Positions 48,401 through 57,793 of a stretch of DNA of 64,000 nucleotides are shown piece by piece (positions within the stretch are counted from its first letter, which is position 1; every line of letters begins with the position of its first letter). Source of the DNA: Candidatus Aenigmatarchaeota archaeon (GTDB lineage Archaea > Aenigmatarchaeota > Aenigmatarchaeia > GW2011-AR5); assembly GCA_016193585.1 (NCBI GenBank), contig JACPRW010000001.1, forward strand, positions 59,171 to 123,170. Reading direction: 5' to 3'. The notes under the pieces were generated by a model. The model worked only from the letters and a program-made list of their open reading frames with translations, ran no database searches and was not told where the DNA came from. The position numbers and the translations under genes were made by a program.

Positions 48401-49009
48401 TCAGAGCTCATCCAGCCATTCTTCTGCTCCGATTGCCGTTGCCTCGCCGTGCCCCGGGTACACCGTTGTCTTCTTTGGCAGCGCCGCAAGCCGCTGCAGG
48501 CTCGCGCGCATCTGCCGGTCGTCGCCGCCGGGGAAATCAGTCCTGCCGTATGTCCCTGAGAAGAGCACGTCGCCGGTGAAAACGACATGTTCGTTGTTCT
48601 CGTAAAGGCAGATGCTTCCCGGCGTGTGGCCGGGCGTGTGCAGCACGGCGAAAGAAAGCCCGCCGACCGTTATGGTATTGCCGCTTTCAAGATACACGTC
48701 AGCTCGCGATGGCGCAACGGGAATCGGCGGCTTCATCAGGGCTGAAGGATTTCGCAGCCTGTCTTCATCAAGCTTGTGGCATGCAATCCGTGCGTTCGTT
48801 TTCTCCCTGAGTAGCGCGTTTTCAGTGATATGGTCCCAGTGCCCATGCGTATTCACCATATACAGAAGCTTCGCATCGGCCTTGACGAGTTCGTGCACCA
48901 CCTTTTCGCTGCAGCCGTGCGGCACGTCAACAACCATTGCTTCGCTGCCGCTGACGACGAGATAACAATTGGTGTGCACCGGTCCGAGAGGAAACACGCT
49001 AAGGTCCAT
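48401..49009 (-). CDS. MBL-fold metallo-hydrolase (glyoxalase II-like)
   Basis: NTHGHWDHI motif plus downstream H/D ligands. The start ATG overlaps the upstream gene's stop (TGATG). Confidence 0.75.
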   Translation of the reverse strand: MDLSVFPLGPVHTNCYLVVSGSEAMVVDVPHGCSEKVVHELVKADAKLLYMVNTHGHWDHITENALLREKTNARIACHKLDEDRLRNPSALMKPPIPVAPSRADVYLESGNTITVGGLSFAVLHTPGHTPGSICLYENNEHVVFTGDVLFSGTYGRTDFPGGDDRQMRASLQRLAALPKKTTVYPGHGEATAIGAEEWLDEL

Positions 49010-49704
49010 CAAAAACCCCTGCCGAGCAGCATGAGCGATGCAATGGAGAGCACGCCGAAAAGGAACACCCATGAATTCCCGTTCCTGCTTTTCGGGAGCT
49101 CGTCGCGGACGACAAAATACAGCAGGATGCCGGCGAGGAATGACATGACCAGATAAAATGGCTCACCCTGCAAATTGACCGACGACGCAAGGAAGGCGCC
49201 TGCAACGTAGGACCCTGAGAGCATAAGCCTGCTCATCGCGTCTATCCTGAACGAATCGTGGATGTGCTTGATTGCCACGGACGAGCTGGACGCGCCGAGC
49301 AGCAGCGGAACGAAGATAATGAAAATCACGGGGATTGCCGAAACCGAGGCGATAAGCAGCAGGATGCTGCCGATGACGATGCCATCGAGGAAAAATCCGG
49401 CAAGATGAAGCTTCGCCAGCTCTGCTGACATCTGCGCTTTCCGGTGGTGCCGGTACACGTGCCGCTCGAGGAAATGGTAGAGGGAAAATCCGGCGAGCAT
49501 CGCGAACGGGATGTCGGTGGCATACGGCGAAGCGAAGAGAAGTGGCATAATTTCCAGCAGCAGGAGTGCCACCAGCATGCCCGAAGCAAGGCTGAGGAAT
49601 CCCTGGTGGTACTTTTCCGCACGCGAGAAACGCTCAGCGAACAGGTGGGCAGCCGAGAGCAGCAGCGCGAGTGCAAGCGGCAGCCATGGGAGCACCATGG
49701 TCAT
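49009..49704 (-). CDS. ZIP-family metal cation transporter-like membrane protein
   Basis: Polytopic, with HLAGFFLDGIVIG resembling the ZIP HNF/EGLAIG signature. The start is MTMVLPWLPLA. Confidence 0.55.
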   Translation of the reverse strand: MTMVLPWLPLALALLLSAAHLFAERFSRAEKYHQGFLSLASGMLVALLLLEIMPLLFASPYATDIPFAMLAGFSLYHFLERHVYRHHRKAQMSAELAKLHLAGFFLDGIVIGSILLLIASVSAIPVIFIIFVPLLLGASSSSVAIKHIHDSFRIDAMSRLMLSGSYVAGAFLASSVNLQGEPFYLVMSFLAGILLYFVVRDELPKSRNGNSWVFLFGVLSIASLMLLGRGF

Positions 49705-49807
49705 ACATGTACGCTGCCGCAGAAAAAGGCGGCGGTAGCATCCCATTGAACAAAATTACAGAAATCGTCATTCAAAACTGGTACTAGGTGCTTCCATGGT
49801 CGGTGGC

Positions 49808-50053
49808 TTACCCTTCCGGAAAATACGCCTTGTCAAAGCAGCCATCGCACATGCCATCATGCCAATCCTTGTTGTGCGCAGATATTTTCGCGTTGCATGC
49901 TTTGCAGCTGAAATGCAAGTCCTCGTCGTGCTTTGTATGGAACGTCTTCATTTTCTCTTTCATTTCTCTTGAATCCATAGTTTGCGTGAAAGACCCGCCT
50001 GACCAAAAACTGCCATTGTCCTTTTTCCTGCCTTCTTTTTCGTCGTCTTCCAT
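49808..50053 (-). CDS. small zinc-ribbon protein
   Basis: 81 aa with CKACN...CDGC (C4). Confidence 0.4.
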   Translation of the reverse strand: MEDDEKEGRKKDNGSFWSGGSFTQTMDSREMKEKMKTFHTKHDEDLHFSCKACNAKISAHNKDWHDGMCDGCFDKAYFPEG

Positions 50054-50070
50054 CTCTTGCCCCCCACTGC

Positions 50071-50436
50071 CTATTTTACAAACTCCACATTCTTCATGCC
50101 TGCAAAAGCATCGTCACCGGTAAGGAATTTTAAGTTATTTCCCAATGCGAACGCATACCCTATGCAGTCTGCATACGAGAGGCTTTTCTTCTTGTTTTTG
50201 AGGCGAAATGCTGCTGCGGTAAGCAGAATTTCATCAGAAACGTCGACCTCTGCATCCCTGAATCTCTGGAAAGCTCCTTTTGCAGATGCTCCGTCCAACT
50301 CGGAGAGAATTATATAAACGAGCTCCACGAGATTAAATTTTGTAGTGGCGATATCCTCCCCGATAAATTTGAGATAGTTCGGGTTGTTTTTCGTGATTTC
50401 GATAAGCGCATACGTATCAAAGAAGTAGTTTACCAT
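50071..50436 (-). CDS. vapC: PIN-domain toxin VapC
   Basis: MVNYFFDTYALIEI... and conserved acidic positions (D..E..D). Confidence 0.7.
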   Translation of the reverse strand: MVNYFFDTYALIEITKNNPNYLKFIGEDIATTKFNLVELVYIILSELDGASAKGAFQRFRDAEVDVSDEILLTAAAFRLKNKKKSLSYADCIGYAFALGNNLKFLTGDDAFAGMKNVEFVK

Positions 50437-50642
50437 CCTTTACGCGCCTCATCCTTGAGCTTTTGTGCCGGGGTTTTCCATTGTGGAAACATGCCGAAAA
50501 CGTCCTTCACTTTGACCTGTTTTTTAATGTGCACGCGTATATTCTGGTCCGGTCGTATCCCTTCTTCCTTTACCACCTCACGCGGAAGTATAATGCCTAT
50601 TGACCCGCCGATCTTTCTCGTTTTGCACACTACTTCTGCCAT
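50430..50642 (-). CDS. vapB: AbrB/MazE/SpoVT-fold antitoxin VapB
   Basis: KIGGSIGIILPREVVKEEGI swapped-hairpin motif. It overlaps vapC by 7 nt. Confidence 0.65.
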   Translation of the reverse strand: MAEVVCKTRKIGGSIGIILPREVVKEEGIRPDQNIRVHIKKQVKVKDVFGMFPQWKTPAQKLKDEARKGW

Positions 50643-50690
50643 ATGAATCTGTTACATATTGTTTAATTAAGTATAAAAAGATTTAATTCA

Positions 50691-50785
50691 AGCCACCGAA
50701 GGGAATTGAACCCTTAACCTGCAGTTCAATCGGAAGGTTTCTCCTCTTACAAAACTGCTGCTCTGCCAGGTTGAGCTACGGTGGC
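50691..50785 (-). tRNA. tRNA-Thr(UGU) with 21-nt intron in the anticodon loop
   Basis: Hand-folded as GCCACCG-TA-GCTC-AACCTGGCA-GAGC-A-GCAGT-TTTGTAA-[agaggagaaaccttccgattg]-ACTGC-AGGTT-AAGGG-TTCAATT-CCCTT-CGGTGGC-T. Every stem pairs and the anticodon is TGT. Confidence 0.8.
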
Positions 50786-50828
50786 GTCATCCAAATTGTA
50801 TTCCTGGGTGAAAATTTAAATTAAAGTT

Positions 50829-51173
50829 CTATTCTAGACCAAGACTAACAATTATGGCTTCGTCAACTTCTCGCATCTTTCTATACGACAATTTTCCATA
50901 TTTTTTTATTATTCTTGATTTGTCTATTGTCCTTATCTGGTTAAGCAGTATTGTAGACTTTTCCTTAAGCGGCGAATCTATAGTCTCGGTTTCAACATTT
51001 ATTGGAAACTGTTTGGAATATGTTTTCGTCGTTATAGGCGCTATGATGGTAGTTGGACTGTATTCGTTTCCTATGTCATTCTGAATAATTAATGCAGGTC
51101 TTGTTTTTCCTTGCTCAGAACCAGTTACAGGATCTAAATTGACAAGAACTATATCTCCACGCTTAATTTGCAT
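50829..51173 (-). CDS. mazF: MazF/PemK family endoribonuclease toxin
   Basis: MQIKRGDIVLVNLDPVTGSEQGKTRPALIIQND is the PemK/MazF N-terminal signature. Confidence 0.75.
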   Translation of the reverse strand: MQIKRGDIVLVNLDPVTGSEQGKTRPALIIQNDIGNEYSPTTIIAPITTKTYSKQFPINVETETIDSPLKEKSTILLNQIRTIDKSRIIKKYGKLSYRKMREVDEAIIVSLGLE

Positions 51174-51176
51174 AGA

Positions 51177-51413
51177 CTATTCCTCATAGTCGGCTGATTC
51201 CCATTCCCTGTTTATTTTCTTTGTATCTTTGTACATTTCTATATAGCCTTCCTTCATGAGTCTCGCCTTCTCTTTGTTTTTTTTCTTCTCTATGTAAAGA
51301 ATCAGCTCGTCCTTCAGCGTTATTTTCTCTTTTTCAAGCACGTCTTTAGGTATTATAACGCCTATCGAATTCCCCCATTTTTTTGGCTTTGCAATAACCT
51401 CCACAGGTATCAC
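51177..51413 (-). CDS. mazE: MazE/AbrB-type antitoxin
   Basis: KKWGNSIGVIIPKDVLEKEKI. It lies 3 nt upstream of mazF. Confidence 0.65.
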   Translation of the reverse strand: MIPVEVIAKPKKWGNSIGVIIPKDVLEKEKITLKDELILYIEKKKNKEKARLMKEGYIEMYKDTKKINREWESADYEE

Positions 51414-51690
51414 CGTATAACTATAGTATAACTATTATTTAAAACTACCGCGCGCACGTGGCTTCATTCCAACAGAACGGCGAAAAAGAGCGGCCATGTC
51501 ACGATGTTGCGCAATGGCAGAGCTTGACGTGTCTACCCGCGCAGCGCCGCCATCTCATCTTCCACTCGAAATAGTGGAGGTGCGCTCCGGCAGCAACATG
51601 CTTCCGCAGGCGGCGCTGTTCCATCGCGTCGAAATCAAGGTAGCCGACCATGCTGATAAAACTAATGAAAGAGGAAAAACAGAGAAAAAA

Positions 51691-51978
51691 CTAGCGCCTT
51701 CTTCGTGGCCTTGCTTTTGCCTTCGCTGCGCCCGGCCTGCCGCCGTATAATTTCCAAACGAGCGGATTCGATGCCTTCGCTACCGCGGCGAGCACCAGCA
51801 GCGCGAATGCCGCAGCCCTGAGATCGATGCTCGGCGTCTTGATGAAGTAGAGCAGCGCCCACAGGAATGCATAGCTGAACAGCAAGGTCAATGCCCAGCC
51901 CATGAGTTCGTCTGAACGCATAGTTATCACTATATATCGGTCGGGCGTGCTTATAAGCGTTTCTTGATGCGGGGACAA
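51691..51978 (-). CDS. small membrane protein (2 TM)
   Basis: 95-aa ORF with two hydrophobic helices. Low confidence. Confidence 0.3.
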   Translation of the reverse strand: MSPHQETLISTPDRYIVITMRSDELMGWALTLLFSYAFLWALLYFIKTPSIDLRAAAFALLVLAAVAKASNPLVWKLYGGRPGAAKAKARPRRRR

Positions 51979-52014
51979 CGGTGATGCGCCTGCTTTTTAT
52001 CTCTACACGGAGAA

Positions 52015-53217
52015 GTGATGCCAATGGGAGTCGATCCGTTCTCATTGCTGGTGCTGTTTGCCGTCACCGTCTTCGCCGGTTATATTAGCTCCTTTATCTT
52101 CGTGAAAACCGGCGTGTCAGACGTCATCTGGCTTCTCGGCTTCGGCAGCAGCATTGCCCTATTCGGCCTCGCTAACCCGGCACTCTTCATCATCCTGTCG
52201 CCGTTCCTGCTAGCCCTCGCCCTGCTCATCATCCTGTTCGATGCGGGCCTCAACCTGGACTTCTACCAGCTCCGCCGCGCGCCGCGGAGCCTGCTGTTCG
52301 CCGGGGCAGAGTTCGTGTTCTCCGTGCTCAGCGTCGCAGCCATCGGCATCCTGTTCCTTCACCTGCCTCCGCTGCTTGCGCTCCTGCTCGGCACCATGGT
52401 GAGCAGCGCCAGCTCGCCAGCTGCCGTCATGATTGTCGCGCAGCTGCACCTTAAGCCAGCCACCATGGCACTCCTCAATCTCGGCTCGGCCATAGCCAAC
52501 CCGCTTGCCATTGTCGCCGCGGTCGCCCTTGTCAACCTTGCAGTGCCGGCGACTACAGGCTACAGCACAGCAGCTGATGTCGTCGTTGCCTTCACCATTG
52601 GCGCAGTTGTCGGTCTCGTGGCCGGCATCTTCTGGCTCTTCGCCCTCGACCGGCTCAAAGGGAAGCCGTTCGACTACCTGCTGACGCTTGCCGTCCTTTT
52701 CGCCCTGTATGCGTTCGTCGTCACCGTGGAGGGCTCGGGCGCTGTAGCCGCGCTCTTGTTCGGTCTGGTGCTGGGCAACGGCGCAACGTTCTCCGGCATG
52801 CTCCGGCTGAAGCGGCGGCTTGCAGTGAACTACCTGCTCAAGACCTTCCAGAAGGAGTCATCGTTCTTTATCCGCTCATTCTTCTTCATCTACATCGGCG
52901 TGGTGGCAGCGGTAACCCCTGCATATGCGCTCTACGGACTGGCCATAGCAGCGGTGCTGGCTGGGCTTCGCTATCTTGCAGTGCTCATGGCAACCGTCAG
53001 GATGGAAATCACGGCATTCGAGACCAGAATAATGAGCAGCCTTGCGTCAAGGGGCCTGGCAGCTGCGGTGCTTGCGCAGCTCCCGGCTGTCTACGGCGTT
53101 GCGAACGCGGACCTCTACGTCAACATCGTCTTCGTCGTCATCGTCGCGACCGTCCTGTATACGACGGTCGCGGTGAAACTGCTGGCAGCTCCCGAAAGCC
53201 AAAAACACGAAAAATAG
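52015..53217 (+). CDS. cation:proton (Na+/H+) antiporter
   Basis: 400 aa, polytopic, with LFDAGLNLD and a CPA-family helix pattern. Confidence 0.65.
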   Translation: MMPMGVDPFSLLVLFAVTVFAGYISSFIFVKTGVSDVIWLLGFGSSIALFGLANPALFIILSPFLLALALLIILFDAGLNLDFYQLRRAPRSLLFAGAEFVFSVLSVAAIGILFLHLPPLLALLLGTMVSSASSPAAVMIVAQLHLKPATMALLNLGSAIANPLAIVAAVALVNLAVPATTGYSTAADVVVAFTIGAVVGLVAGIFWLFALDRLKGKPFDYLLTLAVLFALYAFVVTVEGSGAVAALLFGLVLGNGATFSGMLRLKRRLAVNYLLKTFQKESSFFIRSFFFIYIGVVAAVTPAYALYGLAIAAVLAGLRYLAVLMATVRMEITAFETRIMSSLASRGLAAAVLAQLPAVYGVANADLYVNIVFVVIVATVLYTTVAVKLLAAPESQKHEK

Positions 53218-53331
53218 CTTGTTCTAGCGCGGAAAAGCGTACTTCTACATCGAAACAGTGTGAAGTGTAAGAATAAAATAATATAGAAAGAAAAAAAGCA
53301 AAACTACATTGCAAACAGGGTTTTAGAGACC

Positions 53332-53703
53332 TTATTTACTCGAAGCCAGTGCCCATATCGCCTTCAAGGCGACGATGACAGCACCAGGAACCACGAAGAC
53401 AGCGACGTTATCCACGACCCTGTCCAAGAGAGCCCCGATGTTGGCAATGTTTATGACACTGAAGTTTGCTGTACCCGAAACCACGAGGGCTACGGCAGCA
53501 ATAAGGAACGGTGTGGTCTCTCGTTCAGTGATGTTCAGCATACCCACCGCGATTCCCAGCGCAACCAGGAGCAGGGTTGCTGTTCCTGCTGTGTTTGCGT
53601 CAAGCGCTCCCATCTGTGATGCGATTCCCGCAAACACGGCGATGAGGACACCTGCCAGGAATGCGTACTCTCCCATTTTCTGCATTTCCATGTTTGTTTT
53701 CAC
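53332..53703 (-). CDS. small membrane protein
   Basis: 123 aa with 3-4 hydrophobic helices. Confidence 0.4.
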   Translation of the reverse strand: MKTNMEMQKMGEYAFLAGVLIAVFAGIASQMGALDANTAGTATLLLVALGIAVGMLNITERETTPFLIAAVALVVSGTANFSVINIANIGALLDRVVDNVAVFVVPGAVIVALKAIWALASSK

Positions 53704-53730
53704 CGTTACCTCTGTTATAAATAGACATAT

Positions 53731-54441
53731 TTAAAGGTTGCGCCTTGAGGCAAGGTTTAAATATGGTACTGCCGCCGAACCAGCGCCGTTGCCGGCATGT
53801 GCAGGGCAATGCAAGCTTTCGTAGGCGCACGTGACGCTGCTTCCCCGGTCATGGGACAGCTTTTTTGCCGCGTACATAGCGGTGTCAGCCCGTCCAAGGA
53901 GTTCATGAGGGGTTGCCGGCTGTTTTCTGCGCGGGTTGTACGTTGCAGTGCCCGCTGCCAGCGTGATGCGGTGGGCACCGTCGAACGGGTAGCTGTCGAT
54001 GGAAGTTCCCAACCGGTTTGCCGCTGCTATGGCGCCGCGCCTGCCGGTTTCAGGCATGATGACGACAAATTCGTCGCCGCCATAGCGGATGACACTGTCA
54101 GAGTTCCGCATCCCGGTGACAAAGATAGCCGCGGCAGTGCGCAACAGCTCATCCCCAGCCTGATGGCCATAGGTGTCGTTGAACGGCTTGAGTCCGTTGA
54201 TGTCGAGCATGACGACAGACAATGACCGCTGGTAACGGGAGGCCCGTGCTGTTTCATCAAAGAGTATGCCATCCAGTTCCTCGCGACTGTACACGCCGGT
54301 AAGCGTGTCGTAGCGGGGCATTCGTACCTTGGTCCACCACCTGAGATTGACGAGCAGCCGCTCTGCCACCACCTGTCTGAGGAACGCGGCTACCGCTGGG
54401 TCATGCTCTGCCAACCCAATGATAGATTGTTGTATATCCAT
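53731..54441 (-). CDS. GGDEF-domain diguanylate cyclase (no obvious sensor domain)
   Basis: ...LDINGLKPFNDTYGHQAGDELL...RYGGDEFVVIM...ADTAMYAAKK are canonical GGDEF motifs. Confidence 0.75.
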   Translation of the reverse strand: MDIQQSIIGLAEHDPAVAAFLRQVVAERLLVNLRWWTKVRMPRYDTLTGVYSREELDGILFDETARASRYQRSLSVVMLDINGLKPFNDTYGHQAGDELLRTAAAIFVTGMRNSDSVIRYGGDEFVVIMPETGRRGAIAAANRLGTSIDSYPFDGAHRITLAAGTATYNPRRKQPATPHELLGRADTAMYAAKKLSHDRGSSVTCAYESLHCPAHAGNGAGSAAVPYLNLASRRNL

Positions 54442-54553
54442 GACAACCGCCTATACCATAACACTGTAGTATAAAAAAGTTCCGGTATGTGGAACTGTAG
54501 TGCTCTTTCGTTTTCCCCAAGCTTTTAGTACGCGCACGACAAAACCTTAGGAA

Positions 54554-54830
54554 GGGGTCATGGTATAACCAGGTAGTACGGCAGGCTCCAGACGGCTCCT
54601 TTTCTTCGAAAGAAAAGTAGCCGGCAGTCAAAAGAACGAACTGGAGCTTTGAGCTGCGTAGGTAGCAATGATAAGATTCCGCAGGAGGGAATCAGGAAGA
54701 ACTTGATCTTCAAAGAGCAGAGCTCTTTGAGAGCTCAAAGAAGCGAAGCTTCTTTGCAGCAACTGAAGGGAATCTGGGTTCCCTGCGGTTAAGAAACCTG
54801 CTAGTCGGGGTTCAAATCCTCGTGGCCCCA
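54554..54830 (+). tRNA. tRNA-Trp(CCA) with an approximately 204-nt intron (54592-54795) carrying C/D-box-like motifs
   Basis: Hand-folded: acceptor GGGGTCA/TGGCCCC, D-stem GTAT/GTAC, anticodon stem GCAGG ...(intron)... CCTGC, loop CTCCAG|A, T-arm CGGGG-TTCAAAT-CCTCG, discriminator A. The intron contains ATGATAA (C-box-like), CTGA (D box) and TGGAGC complementary to the anticodon region. Confidence 0.65.
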
Positions 54831-54920
54831 TGTGCTCCTTCTTTCAGTCTTCTCACCGCCTACGCGGTGCCGAGCTAGGCTGCCGAAATAGATAAATGCA
54901 CCAAGAACCAAAAGTAGCGT

Positions 54921-55214
54921 ATGGAGCTTGACCGGTTCCCTGTCTATTTCCTCATGGCGCTGCTCATCTACATTTTTGTGCTCCTTGCCGACCTCGGCAG
55001 CTTCATCTTCGCGTTCGCCAGCACCGGGCTGCTGTCGCCTGAATTTTATTTCATCAGCCTGTTCATGTTCCTGCCCCTGCTCGTTCTTGCAGCCCGCTGG
55101 AAGACGGACTTCGGCAGGAACCACGGGTCGCTGCTCGGGGTCGCGTTTGTCGCGGCCGTCCTGCTCGACATCATGGTCAACCTGGCAATCTTTCTGCCGC
55201 TGCTGCTGACTTAA
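54921..55214 (+). CDS. small membrane protein
   Basis: 97 aa with 3 hydrophobic helices. Confidence 0.4.
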   Translation: MELDRFPVYFLMALLIYIFVLLADLGSFIFAFASTGLLSPEFYFISLFMFLPLLVLAARWKTDFGRNHGSLLGVAFVAAVLLDIMVNLAIFLPLLLT

Positions 55215-55240
55215 GAACTTGACGGCATAATGGTGATACC

Positions 55241-55678
55241 ATGGAGGACTGCATCTTCTGCAAAATCGTGCGGAACGAGATACCGTCGAAGAAAGTGTAC
55301 GAGGATCCGGACGCCGTCGCGTTTCTCGACATCAACCCCGCCAACCCCGGCCATTGCTTAGTCGTCTCGAAACGGCATTACGAAAGCATTACGGACGTCG
55401 ACGACGCCGACCTCAAGAAAATGATTGCGATAGTGAAGGTCATGGCAAAGCGCATCAAGACGAGTCTGAATGCCGACGGCATCAACGTGCTGCAGAACAA
55501 TGGCAGGCACGCGGGCCAGATAGTGAACCACATCCACTTCCACGTCATTCCCCGCTTCCCGAACGACAACGTCATCATCACCTACCAGAAGGTGAACGTG
55601 CCGAACCTTGACGAGATTCAGAAGAAACTCTCTTCCACAGGAGCCAGCAGCGGCTACGAGTGGGGAACGCGCATTTAG
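55241..55678 (+). CDS. HIT (histidine triad) family hydrolase
   Basis: IFCKIV...DINPANPGHCLVVSKRH...NHIHFHVIP has the HxHxHxx motif. Confidence 0.85.
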   Translation: MEDCIFCKIVRNEIPSKKVYEDPDAVAFLDINPANPGHCLVVSKRHYESITDVDDADLKKMIAIVKVMAKRIKTSLNADGINVLQNNGRHAGQIVNHIHFHVIPRFPNDNVIITYQKVNVPNLDEIQKKLSSTGASSGYEWGTRI

Positions 55679-55743
55679 GATTAAAAGTATTTGTGACCAT
55701 CAGTATATCTGACACAGTTCTTGTGATTTTTATGGCAGAACAT

Positions 55744-55910
55744 TATAGTAAACTGCGTTACTTAGGTTACATGATATAGATAATTGCGCAGCTTATGTCG
55801 TATTAACGCGCAATTTTCTATAGGTGAATTGCAAATAATATCAGGACATAACCAGTGCAATTCACCATACAACGCAGTTTGCAGTCACATAAACTACGCA
55901 GTTATCTATA
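55744..55910. repeat. hairpin-element cluster F3(half)-F4-F5-F3(half)-F2(half)
   Basis: tatagtaaactgcgttacttaggttacatgata | tagataattgcgcagcttatgtcgtattaacgcgcaattttctata | ggtgaattgca...tgcaattcacca | acaacgcagtttgcag | cacataaactacgcagttatctata. Confidence 0.8.
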
Positions 55911-55954
55911 TGTAGTGAACATTCTGTAGGAGACAGTGCCACACCCTGAGCAAT

Positions 55955-56300
55955 GGGCACGTGAACATAGCTTTCATAGCAGGTTCACGTAATAACCAAA
56001 CTTTTCACCTGAACCTGCTATACGGTATGTTCTGCATAAAATGTTCACTAACCAACAGAACATACTATCAGTATGCACATGAACAGCTCGGAGTTTGCGC
56101 CATGAGGCATGAACAGTGCCCGCCGATAATAAGCGCCGGGTTCGTGTATCAGGTACCTGTACGTGACAGAAAAGACGTACCTCTTCTCGAACTGTGGATA
56201 TATGATAGTAAAGAACATTGATTTTGGAACATTTTATGATGTTCTTTCCCTATAGCAGATTGCAGCTAAAAGTTCCATTATTATTACAATCTGCTATAAG
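55955..56300. repeat. second family of palindromic elements (GTGAACA/TGTTCAC-type and TATAGCAGATTG...CAATCTGCTATA)
   Basis: cgtgaacatagctttcatagcaggttcacg; gtatgttctgcataaaatgttcactaaccaacagaacatac; aagaacattgattttggaacattttatgatgttctt; tatagcagattgcagctaaaagttccattattattacaatctgctata. The last two recur at 62578-62670. Confidence 0.7.
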
Positions 56301-56492
56301 ACCGACCCAGAGCAGGTGCAGCAGGCATTGCGCGGACTTGCTGAACAATACGGTAATGAAATGCCCCATGACTGCAGGGCGAAGAGCGGGAGTTAGCTGG
56401 AAGTTTATGGGAAGCTGTTGTGAACGCTTTTTGTTGTGCGCGCCGGGCTGCAGCGTCAGAGCAGGAAGCTCGCAGAAGTCTACGAGCCGGCG

Positions 56493-57599
56493 TCAGCCGG
56501 TTTTGTACTTCACGCTGCTGATATCGACCGCAGCGTTGAATACCGTCCGGTGCCTGAAGAACTGCTGGGCGAGGTAGTGCTTCCGGTAGGTATTGCCGAG
56601 ATGCTTGTGTATCAGGCTGTCGTACATCTTCAGGGTATTTTCAGAGAAATCGTTTTTCTTGAACGCCTCGTCGATTGCCTGCGCCGCAAGCTTGCCGCTC
56701 AGCATTGCCTCGCCGATGCCTTCGCCGGTGAGCGGGTCGACAAGCGCTGCCGCATCGCCGACGAGCAGCACGTTCTCGTAATAGCACTTCCGCCGCTTCG
56801 AGGCGAGCGGCAGGTTCCAGCCTTTTATCGGGGAGACGAGGCGGGCGTTCGCGAACCGCTTTGCGAAGAGCGGGTTGTCCCTGATGGTGGCGAGCATCAG
56901 GTCCTGAAGGCGCACCTTGTTCTTGATGGCGTACTTCGTGACCATGCCGATGCCGACATTGGCTTTCGTCGTGCTTAGGGGAAATATCCAGAAATAACCG
57001 GGCATCGCCTCGCTGAGGAAGTGAAGCTCGATGTCGTCGGTCAGTCCCCTGACGTTTTCGTAGTAAGCCCTGAGGGCGACGGCGTGGTGCGCTTCGTCGA
57101 CTCGGGACGTATCAAGTTTCCGCGCGATGACCGATGTCGCGCCGTCTGCGGCAACGAGCACGTGGCACGTGAGGCGGCGCGTCTGTCCGCTCGCAAGGTC
57201 CTTTCCGGTGACTGCAGGCGGATTGAAATCGGCACCCGTGACGAGGAACCGCTCTTTGGTGTCCACGAATTTTCTCGCATGCGAGAAGAGCATGTTGTCG
57301 AACGCCTCCCGGGGGCACGTGTAGCCGGTCAGCGTCTCGGCTAACGGTATGCGGACGGTTGTTCCTTTCGGCGATGAGATGAGGAATCCACGGATGCGCT
57401 TGTAGCTCCGCAATTGCTCCATGAGCCCGAGTTCCCTGAAAATCTCGACCGCATACAGCCCGATGCCGTCGCCGCACGCCTTGTCGCGGGGAAACGAATC
57501 CTTGTCCAGGAGGAGCACACGATATCCCATTTTTCCCAGGTAGGCAGCGCACGTTGACCCCGAAGGCCCGGCACCGGCAACAATCACGTCAGCGTCCAT
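56493..57599 (-). CDS. geranylgeranyl reductase family FAD-dependent oxidoreductase
   Basis: MDADVIVAGAGPSGSTCAAYL...DKACGDGIG is the GGR/FixC family Rossmann start. Confidence 0.8.
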   Translation of the reverse strand: MDADVIVAGAGPSGSTCAAYLGKMGYRVLLLDKDSFPRDKACGDGIGLYAVEIFRELGLMEQLRSYKRIRGFLISSPKGTTVRIPLAETLTGYTCPREAFDNMLFSHARKFVDTKERFLVTGADFNPPAVTGKDLASGQTRRLTCHVLVAADGATSVIARKLDTSRVDEAHHAVALRAYYENVRGLTDDIELHFLSEAMPGYFWIFPLSTTKANVGIGMVTKYAIKNKVRLQDLMLATIRDNPLFAKRFANARLVSPIKGWNLPLASKRRKCYYENVLLVGDAAALVDPLTGEGIGEAMLSGKLAAQAIDEAFKKNDFSENTLKMYDSLIHKHLGNTYRKHYLAQQFFRHRTVFNAAVDISSVKYKTG

Positions 57600-57645
57600 T
57601 AGTAGAATAATGCGTTCAAAGGCTTTATAATATAATATAGCGGAC

Positions 57646-57793
57646 CAACAAAAGAATACCGGCATATTACTTTTGTTGTCCGCTACACGCGGAAAACAAA
57701 GTTTTCCGGTGCACCAAAAAGCTTTGCTTTTTGGGTGTGTATCATATCTTGGTTCACGTACGATTATTTACTTGGTTCACTATAAATGCCAAC
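57646..57793. mobile_element. second copy of the ~150-bp MITE-like element (reverse orientation relative to 14191-14340)
   Basis: tatagcggaccaacaaaag...ccggaaaacaaagttttccgg...caccaaaaagctttgctttttgggtg...cttggttcac...ttggttcactata. It has three internal perfect hairpins and TATAG termini. Confidence 0.7.

Noticed and set aside
51496-51750. 84-aa + strand ORF versus overlapping minus-strand ORFs
   Set aside because: No motif supports the + ORF. Only the minus-strand 2-TM ORF was kept, at low confidence.
54628-55124. Minus-strand ORFs 54628-54831 and 54801-55124
   Set aside because: The first is a translation through the tRNA-Trp T-arm (GFEPR). The second is antisense to a small membrane gene with RE-rich low complexity.
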